From Macrostomum lignano (lineage: Eukaryota): 64,000 nucleotides of DNA. The notes beneath the pieces were generated by a model. It ran no database searches and was not told where the DNA came from. It was given only the letters and a program-made list of their open reading frames with translations. The stretch is from positions 62,001 through 126,000 of the forward strand of contig NIVC01000366.1 of NCBI GenBank assembly GCA_002269645.1. The letters run 5' to 3'. Positions 1-13,600 of this stretch are shown piece after piece (the stretch's first letter is position 1; each line of letters starts with the position of its first letter). Position numbers and translations under genes: made by a program.

Positions 1-79
1 CACAGACAAAAAAAGATCTAGCTAGACTTTGTGTGGACACATTCACAGAACAACCAAGAGGGGCAAGTCATGGCAAGGG

Positions 80-600
80 GGGGTTTCACAAACTCAAATT
101 TTCACAATGTTGAAAGCACCTGCCTTTATAAGGTCAAAATTTCAAAATGTAGAAAACTCAAATAACAGCCACTTTCACAAGGTCAAAACTTCATAAGGTC
201 GAACTTTCACAACATTGAAAACTTTAGCAAGGGACTTCATAAGGTCAAAATTTCACAAGGTTGAAATTTCATAACATCAAAAACTCAAATAGCAGCCACT
301 TTCACAAGGTCAAAACTCCATAAGGTCAAAATTTCACAACATAGAAAATTATTGCATAGTTCTTGTTATATTAAGTTTTTGACATTGTGAAATTTTGAGC
401 TTATGAAGTTTCAACCTTATGAATGTGGCTGCTATTTAAGTTTTTGATGTTATGAAATTTTGACCTTGTGAAATTTTGACCTTATGAAGTCTCTTGATAA
501 AGTTTTCGGTGTTGTGAAATTTTGACCTTGTAAAGTTTTGACCTTGTGAAATAATTTACTTTTTGACATTGTGAAATTTCAACCTTTGTGTTAAAGCACC
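80..600. mobile_element. Foldback/MITE-like element built from AAGGTCAAAATTTCACAA-type motifs in inverted orientation
   Basis: About 205-300 is an imperfect reverse complement of about 425-515. The motif runs in one orientation at 80-345 and the opposite at 370-600. A related half-copy lies at 11260-11430. Confidence 0.55.
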
Positions 601-3075
601 CCTCATAGTGGACTAGGGGCTGAGCCCAATGGCCTGCAAGTCAATCAGAAATGTATCATTTAGCATCACAGTTTGGCCTTAGCCATGGCGCAGGCACTCA
701 GTGGGCTGATGCAGGAGAGCCAGTGCCAGAAGATTTTGCTTGCTCCGGCCATGGCTTCTTAGGCAATGGCCAAGTAACATCTGACAATGTTTATGGATAG
801 TGCAGCTTAGCGCCAGAACACTAATGCGAGTCATCAGGTCCCTAGTTGGCAGTATCAGGGTAGTGCACACCCAGGGCATAGTGGATCTGCAACCTATAGT
901 GAGCATCCAGGGCTTGCTGTTGCGTCACAGTCATTGGCAAAGCCTCTATGCCATATAGGAGAATCAGCTCAATGGCAATGCAGAAAAGGCACATCTTTAG
1001 GTCGTCACAAGTGGTTAAATTGAAGATGCTCCTGAGCATATGTGCCGCATGCCAGACCTGAGTCTTCCTGTCAAAGACAATGGTGTTGAGGCTCAAGACA
1101 AGGGAGCCGAGGTAGCGGAAGTCCTTGCACACCTTGTCAACTTCTCCATTTGGAAGAGCTAGCGCAGGGGTAGTTGTAATGCCCACGTGGAGCACCTTAG
1201 TCTTGGATGCATTGATCACCAAGCCAACTTGGGTGCCCTCTTCATAGAGTCTAGACAGAGCCCATTGCCCATTGGGCAGTAGCCGGATTGCAACACAGAA
1301 GGGCAATGTCGTCAGCATAGGCAAGAGCAGATAGCAAGATGGCGAGATGTCAGGAGCTTTGGTGTAAGACTAGCACATAGCCATCATCTTCATGCAGGCA
1401 TTGGCGAAGAACATAGTCTACCATAACAATGAAGAGTAGTGGAGCCAGCGTGTCACCCTGAAGGATGCCGGAAGTTGTGTTAAATTCTTCAGTGGGGCCG
1501 TCACTTGACTGAACAAATGCTCTTGAATCGCTGTGAATCGCTCTTGAATTAATTTTAATTACTGGTAGCACATGGATTTATCTACTAGTAATGTATATAA
1601 TTATTTACTGGCCTGAGTGGTCCTATGGCATTGTCTACTCTATTATCCCTTATTCTATTCTTCTAAGGGGTTTTCTTTCAGTCATATGCATTCCTAGGAT
1701 CAAAGGGTCACAGGCTCATAGCTTACTTGCTGGGTGTTTTACCCTGAGGTAGGTTTCTTAGACTCTAAGTATGGATTCTCTTAGATTCTCTTAGATTCTA
1801 AATCTAAGAGTTCTCGTTCTCTAAAAATGGATCAAATCCTCCCAATTTGGGGCTCTTTCTAATTTGCTATCTTTTACTCAAAAGAAGTAATGCAAGAGAT
1901 CCCTGAGGCTGATTGAATTTTGTCTCCAAATAGAACAACTGAAGAGATGCTTAGCATGCTTAAAAGAACTGCAATTTATAAGAACAGTTATTGTTTAATA
2001 GTTTATTTGGTTAGTCTCTCAGTTGGTTCCTATTTGTAGTAAAAATTTTCTTACCATTTTAAACAAAACAACATATACAAAATATATAAAATATTTCTAA
2101 TATTTATATGATATAACAAAATAGTAGAGTTTTAAAATTATACATTTCTAAGAAATGCTTTGATCTTCTGAAAACAAAGCCTATTACAATTGCTACCATT
2201 AAAGTTGTTATAGTGGTCTTTGTTCTCTTTAAATAATCTAAAAAAGCTGCCAACAAGTTGTACTATAATTAACTTCTAAGCATAGATCTAAGAATAAGGT
2301 CTAAGTATAATTCTATTCTATGTATGATACTAAGTAAGTATATATTAGAATATAAATCTAGACCAAGTTTAGGTATTTTATTTTTTCTGGCTGGTAATGT
2401 TCGTGGAATGTATCAAATTGTCTATTTTTGGCCTAGAGTTCTACATGTATTTTTCAAAATGACTTCTTGTAAATCTCTTAGTAGTTATCTAAATATTAGA
2501 CTACCTAGTCCTTAGGTATTATTAAGATTAGAGGGTCACTGCCTTCATAATACTATATATATATTCAAGGATCTGCTTTATTTTACTTCAATCTCCTAGT
2601 ATTCTATGTAGGCCTATCAGTAGTATCTATAGTATGATTTGCTTCTACTTTACTCTTGAAAAAACTTACTTAGTCTTTGATAAGACTTCCAAGTTTCTTA
2701 GTCTTTGAAAACTGTTAAAGGAACATTCTAGCAGCTATTATAGCCAATATCAAGAATTTTAATGCCTTCCTTTGATATTCTTGCTAAATGTTGCTGGCTA
2801 GTTGCAAATTGAAACCATAGCAAGCAAGTTAAAAGAAGTTACAGTAAATTTAATAGTTATGGATACAGATATACTTCGGGTGTGTGTCAAAAGTTATGTC
2901 ACTGATATGAAAACAGACGAACTTGCAATCGCAGATGAACAAAACTGTACCACTCAACAACATAGAGTCCCCCAATATCAATCACCCTCTGGCAATGCTC
3001 ATACAGCTTGTCCACCTCAGCCTACAGGTGTTTTTCCTCCAACTGCTGTAACCAGTGCAACGCGGCCTGTTTGAT
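600..3075 (-). pseudogene. Decayed non-LTR retrotransposon (LINE) reverse-transcriptase region, with a probable decayed 5' part
   Basis: Minus-strand fragments GILQGDTLAPLLFIVMVDYVLR (ORF 1350-1571), YADDIALL (about 1297-1319) and FRYLGS (ORF 842-1324), broken by frameshifts and stops. The RT part (600-1580) is secure; extension to 3075 is inferred from weak similarity. Confidence 0.8.
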
Positions 3076-3089
3076 CTCTTCATGGTTTG

Positions 3090-3720
3090 CGAAACTCTTC
3101 TTGGAAAATTCAGCCTTCAGCCATTTGAACAGGAATCTCTTGCTCAAGTTGAAGTCCGGGCTGTAGGGACTCTGTCAGAGCATATTCACTCGCCATGCAG
3201 GCAGAAAATTTGAAAAAGCCTTACAGGTGTGCGGCCGTGTGGTGTCCATCTGCCACAGAACCTCGTCCAGGTGACATGGATTTGACCGGAGATTGCGCCA
3301 GAGGTCTCCAGTGTGCCGGATAAAGTCGATAAAAATACTGGCCATCGACTTTGGTGTTTGGTGGAGTTGTGCAGATGGAGACTCGTTCATTTGGCGTGAA
3401 GGCTACCAGCAGCATGGTCTTCTTGTCCAAGATGGACTTCCTGGTCACAGTCGCCCTGGAGTCCCCAGCTCCCAGCCAGCAGCAATTGTCTGCCTTGCTG
3501 CCCTTGCCATCCAGGTGGAGCCAGCTTTCATCCTCAGCAACCAGGCAGTTTAGGATGTCATTCAAGCCCCGCCTGCTGAACACCTTGCGGATCTGCTTGA
3601 TGCAGGCATCTTGTCGAGATTCATGGTGATTTTTGTTCGCTGCATAGACAATTTTTCATCGCGTTGCACTTGCTAAATCTGCTTGGCGTATTCTTGTGAT
3701 AGCTTGGGCCATAAACAACC
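3090..3720 (-). pseudogene. Mariner-type DDD transposase fragment (catalytic domain), frameshifted
   Basis: Motifs LVAEDESWLH, KKTMLLVAF, QMDTTRPH (cf. HDNARPH) and QSPYSPDF (cf. YSPDL) are spread over different minus frames. Confidence 0.85.
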
Positions 3721-3888
3721 TATGCACGTCTCAAATGCACTGGTATTGCTTCACTAAGTATACTTTGCAGCTACGCTACCCACAAGTCCATGTGCCTACA
3801 TATTTTAGACAGAAGCCTGCAGTGACATTACTTATGACACACCTGAAGTAGATATAGATAGACTAAAAAATAAATATGGCTATAGATA

Positions 3889-4600
3889 TACAAGGGGTGT
3901 CCCAAAAGTTCCCGGAATGTCTAACGTAGCTCTTCAACAGAGCCATGAAATTTCACGCCCATGGTGTCAAATGAAAGGAAATTTTGTCACAAAGAATACA
4001 AAGTTAAAATCATGTTAATATCTTTTTTTATTCAAGAGCTACAGCAAGAAACGTGCGCAAAGGTCAGGGGTAGTGTTACACAACCTCAACAATCTATGGC
4101 AATAATTTTTTCATCTCCATTTTTGGAGTTTTTCATTTTGAATTCATGCTACTGACAGGTCAGAAAGACGTGGTAGTGTCTATGGAAAAAAGCAGAAATG
4201 CTCATAAAGCTAATCTGAGCTTTTGCGCGAGTGCAGATAATTCGTACCAAGCGCTTGCTTTCAACTTAAAATTTCTTTGCGAAAATGAGTTCTCTTCAGA
4301 GCCTTGAAAGTCAGCGAAGTCAAGTTTTTGCCCTTTGGTCAGTAGGATGGAGTGGAGCCAAGATTTCTGACCACTTATTCTCAATCCACGGTGAGAACAG
4401 CCTGAAAAAAACTGCAATTTACGGATGGATCGAATGCTTTAGAGATGGCCAGTCTGCTGTGAATGAATTCAAAATGAAAACTCCAAAAATGGAGATGAAA
4501 AAATTATTGCCATAGATTGTTGAGGTTGTGTAACACTACCCCTGACCTTTGCGCAAGTTTCTTGCTGTAGCTCTTGAATAAAAAAAAGATATCAACATGA
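3889..4600 (+). mobile_element. Truncated mariner 5' end (TIR plus N-terminal HTH remnant) closed by a 138-bp inverted duplication
   Basis: TA followed by CAAGGGGTGTCCCAAAAG at 3889-3908 resembles a mariner TIR. The ORF at 4285 encodes HGENSLKKTAIYGWIECFRDG (mariner HTH-like). 4010-4147 is a near-perfect inverted repeat of 4463-4600. Confidence 0.75.
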
Positions 4601-4670
4601 AAAATCCGATGATGAATTTATAATAAAATGTTTCAATTTGAATTGCAGACCACTTAATAAACAGAAATAG

Positions 4671-7600
4671 ATGGCAGACACAAACCTGCTACCAGCTCCT
4701 AATGGTTACCAGCAATCCCGACAGCCACTTTATGGCACCTTATTGACTGTGCCACTGCTGCCTGGCGACAATTCCTCAATAAATCATTGCGAAGATGACA
4801 ATCAGCAGCAGCATTGGCCAATGCCGCCACCAAGTAGTATTGATGGCGAAGATGACAATGAAAGTCTAGGAGGAGTGACAGCTTCCACTATTAATCCAGT
4901 TGGAGACGATAGAATGCGACGAAGATTAAAATACTTCTTTATGACTCCGTGCGAGAAATATCAAGCTAAAGGTCGGCTGCCGCTCAAGCTGTTGCTTCAG
5001 CTGTTGAAAGTGCTGCTTGTCACTATGCAACTGTACGTGTTCGGAATGGAGAGCTCTGGTCACGTGTATTTTCTCAAGACTGCCCAGACTGCTTTTAAGC
5101 ACCTTTTTTTGGAGGTGGGTCTGATTTGTACTTTTTCCGTTGCTTTGTGGTAGGATAGGAGAGTTGGTGAGCAGGGGGTAGCATTTTGGCGTGGTGGGGG
5201 ACAGGGGTAGGAAAGTTGGGGGTGGTGGAGGTAGGAAAGTTGGAGTGGTGGGAAAAAGTTAGGGTGGTGGTGTTAGGAAAGTTGGGGTGGTGGGGTCGGA
5301 AAGTTGGGAGTGGGGGTAGGAAATTTGGGGTTGGTGGGAGTAGGAAAGTCGGGGTGGTGGGGGTCGGAAAGTTGGGAGTGGGGGTAGGAAATTTGGGGTT
5401 GGTGGGAGTAGGAAAGTCGGGGTGGTGGGGGTCGGAAAGTTGGGAGTGGGGGTAGAAATTTGGGGTTGGTGGGGGTAGGAAAGTTCTGGTTGGTGGGGGT
5501 AGGAAAGTTGCGGGGGTGGGGTCGGAAAGTTGAGGGTGGTGAGGGTAGGAAAGTTGGGGTGGTGGGGTAGGAAAGTTGGGGTGGTGGGGTAGGAAAGTTG
5601 GGGTGGTGGGGTAGGAAAGTTGGGGTGGTGGGGTAGGAAAGTTGGGGTGGTGGGGTAGGAAAGTTGGGGTGGTGGGGTAGGAAAGTTGGGGTGGTGGGTA
5701 GGAAAGTTGGGGTGGTGGGGTAGGAAAGTTGGGGTGGTGGGGTAGGAAAGTAGGAAAGTTGGGGTGGGTAGGAAAGTTGGGTAGGAAAAGTGCGGTAGAA
5801 AAAGATAATAGGAGGGGTAGAAAATATTGGACAGACTTGTAAAATATCGGAAATATAGTTCACGATATTAAAATAATAAAATTGCAGTCCTGGGACCCCA
5901 GCTGGGAGACTCCGCCCTATCCGCCGTCGCACGGCCCCTACGCAGTTTACACTTACGACAGTTTCTATTCGGCAATAAATTTTGCATTAGCCGGTTACAA
6001 CGGCACGGCTAGTGATTCGGTTGGATCGTTCGCTCCGCCTGCTGCAGCCAATGAAAGTCAGACGGAGCCGCCGTCTCTGTGTCTGATGCACTACGCTAAT
6101 TTAACTGTTGATGCGGCCAATTTCCGATACGTGATTGATAGAGAGGTGAACCGCTAAACACAAAACACAAGCGCGCCAATACTGTACACAAGCACGCACT
6201 CATATCGTACATCGGCCCTGACCTGACTTTCAAAGCGTCAGGCATTGTACACTGTGTGTGCCATTTTCGATTCACCTTTACTATCATTAATCCGCAGGTG
6301 TCAACCCGGTGTTTCGAAATGCTTCCACTGCCTGATGGCAATGAAACTTGGCGTTACGACACTCGCCGCCTGCTTGAAGAAGAAGGCTACAATTTGAATT
6401 TCGATATCGTGTTGACTGCTCAATTGCAGTTTTATGTGAATTCTATTCACTTTAATTTTGAGCATCCCAGACTGTCTGCCGCCGAGTGCTTCTTGTTTAA
6501 TGTGTCTGTGAGTTTGAAAGGGGAATGGGTGAACACAGATAGGTCAGCAGAAAGCTGTCTGATACCCATAATTAACCTATTTCGCCCCCATCGGCTCCCC
6601 AATCGGCGCCCCCATCTCCCCAATCGGCGCCCCCATCTTCTCTTCAATCAGCGCCCCCTCTTCTCCCCAATCGGCGCTCTTATCTTCTCCCCAATCCTCG
6701 CCCACATCGGCGCCCAATCAGCGCCCCCATCGGCGCCCACATCGGGGCCCAAGTCGGCGCCCCCATCTTCTCCCTCATCGGCGCTCTCATTGGCGCCCTA
6801 ATCTGCATGCAGTGCAAAGCAATAACTACATCAACAAAAAACTGTACCATCGCAGATTCTATTCGATAATCGGGCCCATACTGGCCAGGTGCAAATGAGC
6901 CTGATCGCCGATCCAATTGAACGTCGGTGCAGCGTTGAGGAACAATTTGGCCAGATTGAGAAGGCCGTCTCGTACACCATTTTGGACGTGTCGGTCATTC
7001 TGGTGTGTCTGCTGTCCTTTGTTAGCTGTGTCCGCAGCCTCTACAAAGGGAACAGGATGCGGCTGGTGAGGCCACTGGTTGTCTCCTTGGTAGTCCTAAA
7101 TTTGTTGAACTGACTGGCTTGCAACTTTCCAACTGTAAATTGACCTGCCTCAATGTATTGCATAATTTGAGCTAGATCCACTCATCCACCTCCCTGCCCC
7201 AATGTACATTGAGCTAGATCCACTCATCCACCTCCCTGCCCCAATGTACATTGAGCTAGCTCCACTCATCCACCTCCCTACCCCAATGTACATTGAGCTA
7301 GATCCACACAGCCACCTCCCTGCCCCAATGTACATTGAGCTAGCTCCACTCATCCACCTCCCTACCCCAATGTACATTGAGCTAGCTTCGCTCATCCACC
7401 TCCCTGCCCCAATGTACATCGAGTCTTAAAGCCCAAATTTGTTAGCAGTAGTTCAGATAAGTATTATTTTGATAGCTTTGCTACAATTATGATTATATTA
7501 TCAATCACTTCAACGCCTCACATGCAGCGAACAAGGCGCTACTTTCGCAACAATTTCAACTACAAGCTCAACCTTGACGAACAGTGCGAATTCATCAACC

Positions 7601-10600
7601 TGTGGTTCGCCCTAATTATCCTTAACGATCTGCTCACTCTAATTGGCTCGCTAATGAAGATTCTTATTGAGTACAAGGTGAAATTTTATACCTCTTTCAT
7701 TGATTACTAATATTACACTTATTATGAATGTACTCATAATATATAAATTTCCCATTGGTAAAACAGACCATCGATAACTATACGGTTTGCGGTTTGTTTC
7801 TCGGCAGCGGCGCTATGCTAGTCTGGTTTGGCACTCTGCGCTATCTTGGCTACTTTTCCAAGTACAATGTGAGTAGTACGAATTGCGAAGCTTAACTTAC
7901 TTTTTTTCTTCTCGTAAAAGATAAGTGTTGAATTTTTTTAATTTTCCGCTGTTTTTTACTTTTAGCAACCATTGCCCAACCTAAATATTCATTGAACCAT
8001 AGCTGTCATGACACCTCTGCCCGTACACTAACCTCCACGGCCACTCCCTGCCCCAATGTGCATTAACCTCCACAGCGACCTTCCTGCCCCTATGCACATT
8101 AAGGGCCTAACCTCCACGGCCACCTCTCTGCCCCAATGTACATTAACCTCCACAGCCACCTCCCTGCCCCAATGTACACTAACCTCCACAGCCACCTCCC
8201 TGCCCGAATGTACACTAACCTCCACAGCCACCTCCCTGCCCGAATGTACACTAACCTCCACAGCCACCTCCCTGCCCTAATGTACACTAACCTCTACAGC
8301 CACCTCCCTGCCCTAATGTACACTAACCTCCACAGCCACCTCCCTGCTCAAATGTACACTAACCTCTACAGCCACCTCCCTGCCCTAATGTACACTAACC
8401 TCCACAGCCACCTCCCTGCTCAAATGTACACTAACCTCTACAGCCACCTCCCTGCCCTAATGTACACTAACCTCCACAGCCACCTCCCTGCTCAAATGTA
8501 CACTAACCTCTACAGCCACCTCCCTGCCCCTATGCACATTAAGGGCCTAACCTCCACAGCCACCTCCCTGCCCTAATGTACACTAACCTCCACAGCCACC
8601 TCCCTGCCCTAATGTACACTAACCTCCACAGCCACCTCCCTGCCCGAATGTACACTAACCTCTACAGCCACCTCCCTGCCCCAACGTACACTAACCTCCA
8701 CAGCCACCTCCCTGCCCTAATGTACATTAAACTCCACAGCCACCTCCCTGCTCCAATGTACACTAACCTCTACAGCAGAGCATATTCCCAGGCTAGCCAT
8801 GCAGTCCACTAAACAAAAAATACGTGGCTAGCCAGGTGGCTCCACCGTGGGTCCACCTTGGCTAGCCCTTGCACCCGTGGACTCGGGGAATCAAATGAGT
8901 GAGTCAGACAGTTTCCCACGCTAAAAATAGCTTGTTAACGGGACCCAGCCAGGCGGCTGTGGAGAAGCAGACGCCAGAACTTGACTCGTATTGGTTGGCA
9001 AGATACATGGCACTAATTCAAAAAAAGAAAAAAAAAGTTTTTTTGGCTCCATCGCGTGAGAACTAAATGCATTGACCTTGCCAGGGCGCTAAAATGGGCG
9101 CCCAAAGGCTGAAATTGGCGCCGGTATATTAAAATCGGCGCCAAAAAGTAGCAAGCTGATATATGCTGCCACTTCTACGCCGTTGGCACATTCCAGCGCT
9201 GATTCGGCGATCCTGGCGCCAATTTGGGGATCCTGGCGCCAAATTTAGCTTCCAGCGCCAATTCGAGCTTTCCCGCGCCAATTTGAGCTCTCCAGCGCTA
9301 GTTTGAGCTTTCCAGGGCTAGTTTGGGTCCTCTCGAGCTGATTTCAGCATTCCAGCGCTGATTTGGCGATCCTGGCGCCAATTTGGGGATCCTGGCGCCA
9401 AATTTAGCTTTCGGCGCCAATTTTGGGGATTCTGGCGCCAATTTTTGGGATCCTGGCGCCAAATTTGGCCTTAGGCGCCAATTTTGGGGATTCTGGCGCC
9501 AATTTTTGGGATCCTGGCGCCAAATTTGGCCTTAGGCGCCAATTGAGACGAATACTGAGTCCACCAGTATTTTATGAACGAGAAAAGTTTTGCCAAGAAT
9601 TAAAACAGTAAATTTGCTTTAAATTTGTGAAGTGTACGATAACTTCATGGCCTACAACGCGGCTTAGACCACCGGAAATATGGCTGTAATATAACAAATA
9701 TAACTATAATGAATATAATTATTCTTTATAGTTAATGAATATATAATGAAGAGAAAAAAGAATAAATTATTCTTCTTAGACAGAGCAGCACTTGGTAAAA
9801 GTATTTGGTTTTTTGTCTGCTAAAACATTTACCCAGCGCCTAGGTGCATGTAGATAAGTAGCTGCTGCAAAAGCCGTCTGTCTGTCTGTTGATTTGTCTG
9901 TATGACAAAGCTGTTAAAAGTCCTTTTGCAGTTTTTTACATGCAGTGTCTGGGTGTCTTGCGCAAAATGAGTGACAGACAGACAGACACTATACTACTAA
10001 GGCAGACAGACTATCAACAAGAACGTAAATGCTTATACATTTACATGTTTTTGTGAAATGTCAACAGTCTATTATATCACTACTGCTGTTTGTTATTAGT
10101 CCTGTGTGCTGTAAACAGTATTCCAGCGCAGTGTGTCTGTCGCATTGATTAATTTGCTACCACATTTCCTCTGGTGACCAGTCTAGTAAGGTGTAATGAC
10201 AGTCGCAAAATCATTCGCAATGCGCATAAAGCATGATTCTGCCTGTCATATCCTTGTTGCACTACTAGTAGTGCGGTTCAAGCACGCGAAGCAAATTAAT
10301 TGCTTATTTGTCAAAAATTACAGTTTGAAGAGAAAAAAGAATAAATTATTCTTCTTAGACAGAGCAGTACTTGGTAAAAGTATTTGGTTTTTTGTCTGCT
10401 AAAACATTTACCCAGCGCCTAGGTGCATGTAGATAAGTAGCTGCTGCAAAAGCCGTCTGTCTGTCTGTTGATCTGTCTGTATGACAAAGCTGTTAAAAGT
10501 CCTTTTGCAGCTTTTTACATGCAGTGTCTGGGTGTCTTGCGCAAAATGAGTGACAGACAGACTTATGTATTATTCTGGGAACTGTCCGTATGTGAATTAC

Positions 10601-13600
10601 GAATTTGTATGTAATTCGAATTCTGTTCGCGGCTATATACGAAATCTTTTTCCTCTCATTCATTCATTCATTCATTGATAAGTAATGGGCAAACGAAGGC
10701 CCTGCGCTTCAGCCCTGAGGGGGCTCTTACGCAATTGATGTATTTTGGTTTCCAATTAGTGCGATACTTTAGTATTTTAGTGAACGAGTTTAGAAAAATA
10801 AAACAGATTAAATCAGTACAGTAGTAAAACTAAATAAAACTATAAGAGTCAAATCAATTAAATTTAAACCTTAAAACAAATGATAGAGTAAAAGGTGAGA
10901 GAACCAAAGAAGAGAGTGGATAAAACTAAAAACAAGTAAGTAGAAAGTATGTACAGCGTAGAGATGTACAAAGGATTGGAGAGAATTTTTCAGATATTGG
11001 TGAATAAAGTTAAAGCTGGGCTGTATTTGTCTACTGTGAGTAGATAGAGTCTCCCTGAATGTATGATACCTTTACGAAAACAAAGGTTTAAGTATGGTGA
11101 GTTAAATAAAATAGTAAACATCAAGGACCCTACCCCACGTGGGCGAGTCCATTGTATTGCCATGTCTTGTTGTTGTTGTTGTTAAACGGGGGTGGGAAGC
11201 TTGGCTTGTTGGTGGCTTGGTGAACCTCGAAAATTACTGTATTTGTATTTTTCACTCTAGCTTTCGAGCTTATGAAGTCGCCTGCTAAAATTTTCGAGGA
11301 TTTGAAATTTCAAGCTTGTAAATTTTCGAGCTTATGAATATGAAGTCGGCTGCTGAAATTTTCGAGGTTGTGAAATTTCGAGCTTATGAAAATAACTGGT
11401 TTCGATGTTGTGAAATTTCGAGCTTGTGAAAGCAACCCACGATACAGTCAGATTCAGAGATCCTGTAATTGTTTTGGAGGCTGGTTTCCGTAAAAATACA
11501 CTGTAGAGAGGAGAGTATGTTTTAAGCACAAAATATACTATCCAAAGCATTTCTTTCTGGAGGATGAGGATGAGGACTACCATTATTTTAATTTAGCGTG
11601 CACAACATGTTACTCTGCTGTATTTTATATACTAATAGTTGCGCGCTAAGTTTCATCTTCCTAGTTTTCATTTTTTATACTCTATGAATTTATTTTATTT
11701 TTGTGTCACTTTTTTACACTTTATATTCTGCATCATATATATACTTGCTTCAAGACGAAGCAAAACAAAATATTTTAGCTAATAATGTCACTAGTGAGTA
11801 ATTATAACTTTTGGCTTGTAAAAATAAAAAAAATAAATATAGATATATATTCCTAATATATATTAGGAAAAAAACTTTTTTAACCCAACTTACATGTATA
11901 AAATACAACAGACTGACATCTTTTGCATCCTAAATTAAAAGAATGGTGATCTTCATTAACAGAGATCAAATGCTATCGTTTGATTTTGTGATGCAAAAAT
12001 GACTTTTTTTCTGTCTCCGCAGTGTAATGTTTTAATGATATTAGCCTCCAAAAATTATAAAATTGCACGGCCAATGTGCTGCTAGAGGTCTTGAGAAAGT
12101 GTCTGAATAATTTTACTTTACTTTAAAACCGTGTTAAATGCATGAAAATTGACAATACCAATAGTATCGCTACATTCTCATATGAACTTTAGAAATCATA
12201 AATTTACGATTCATTAAATAAAAAAGGTTATTAGTTCATGTTGTCAACAGCTACGGAAAACATTAACAAAACTAAACCTTCCTTTTGATTTTATAACTTG
12301 TTCATGATAGAAGCAGGTGAGTTTTTAAGTTTCATCACAATACATTTAAAATTTAAGAATTTTGTACCAGAAAAATGTATCTAAGGTAGCACGACAGTTA
12401 AACTTTCAAATATAGAATCTAATTTTTTTAAAATAAGATACGGTAGGTACCGGTACCGGAAGTCGATACGGTACCGGTATATAATTGATCTTCGACTTCA
12501 ATGACAATAAATATGACAGGAACTAAATGTGCTTCACCCCAAGTGTTACAAAAGATTACTATGTGTTTAATATTAGCACTGCTAGACCATGAGTCCATGA
12601 CTTCATGAGAGTTACTTTAGGCCTGCAACTGCCACACTAATGGACTGCCACATCGCTAACTTCAGGCGGTTGAGCTTACCCTTCAGACTGCTGCTGATAT
12701 TAGCAGCAGTGTGAGCTGCGAGCGCGTGCAGGCAAGGGGTCTTCCCTGTGCATCTTAGTTTAGGCTATTGGCTAACCTAATATCAATTTGGCTTATGAGT
12801 GGCTCTCCAATACATTATCGCGAGCTTAATCACTTAAATTCTACAATCCCAAAATGAGCTACTGATTTAAAGTACTATGATTACAGACGAAGAAGTATGG
12901 GTGCTAATACTAAAATTAAAAAAAAATCATTTTCACTGTTTTTTATTTATGTTCGAATAAATAATAATTTTTACTCTTTCGATACTACTTTTCTAATACG
13001 TGTATTTTTATTGCTTAAACCTAACAATCCTCTAATCTTAATAATAATCCTTATTACCATAATTTAACGTTTGTTCACTCAAATTCTAATTTCTGCTTTT
13101 CTGCATGTTCTGCTTTTTTGCACGCACAATATTTACATTAAGATAATATTTTGTCTAGCAGGATTCGAACCTCAAACCTTCCAATTTCAAGTCAGGCCCA
13201 CTGGCCACTCGACCAATTTTTAGCGGTGTCTATTTTTAGCACTCAGAGAATTCCCAGACTTCTCATTCCCGTCCGCGGGTGCACTCGACCAGCCCACCCT
13301 AGCCCACACGGACCAATAGCAGCGTTCCTTAGCATATCTAGCGTACTATCACTGTGCGCACTGTGTGGACTCGCAAGGGCTAGCCTGTGTGGGTCCACGG
13401 TGGAGCCACCTGACTATGACTATGATAAGTATTCCGGCGCCTCAGCCTAAGTAAAAAGGCTCTTACGCCACTAGAGATAATTTAAGTTCCAGAATGGGAG
13501 TGTACTAATGTACACTAAAAGCCAAGTTAGACTATAGAGGACTGTACAGGGCAGTATCAGAAAAACCAAACCTCCCCGGGGGACAGTAGCGGTTCGACGA

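Larger units (their letters stand above)
8776..13412. mobile_element. Probable non-autonomous DNA transposon or composite remnant with degenerate subterminal inverted homology
   Basis: 8833-8870 (CCAGGTGGCTCCACCGTGG...GCTAGCCCTTGC) is inverted-homologous to 13374-13412. It contains GGCGCC-rich subterminal repeats at 9050-9545. No transposase and no clean right TIR were found. Confidence 0.45.

Noticed and set aside
10650-11170. Possible LINE 3' end with a (TGAA)n tail on the minus strand
   Set aside because: The tail is visible but I could not identify diagnostic protein motifs, so it was not called.
12440-12480. GGTACCGGTACC palindromic cluster
   Set aside because: Too short and isolated to assign a function.
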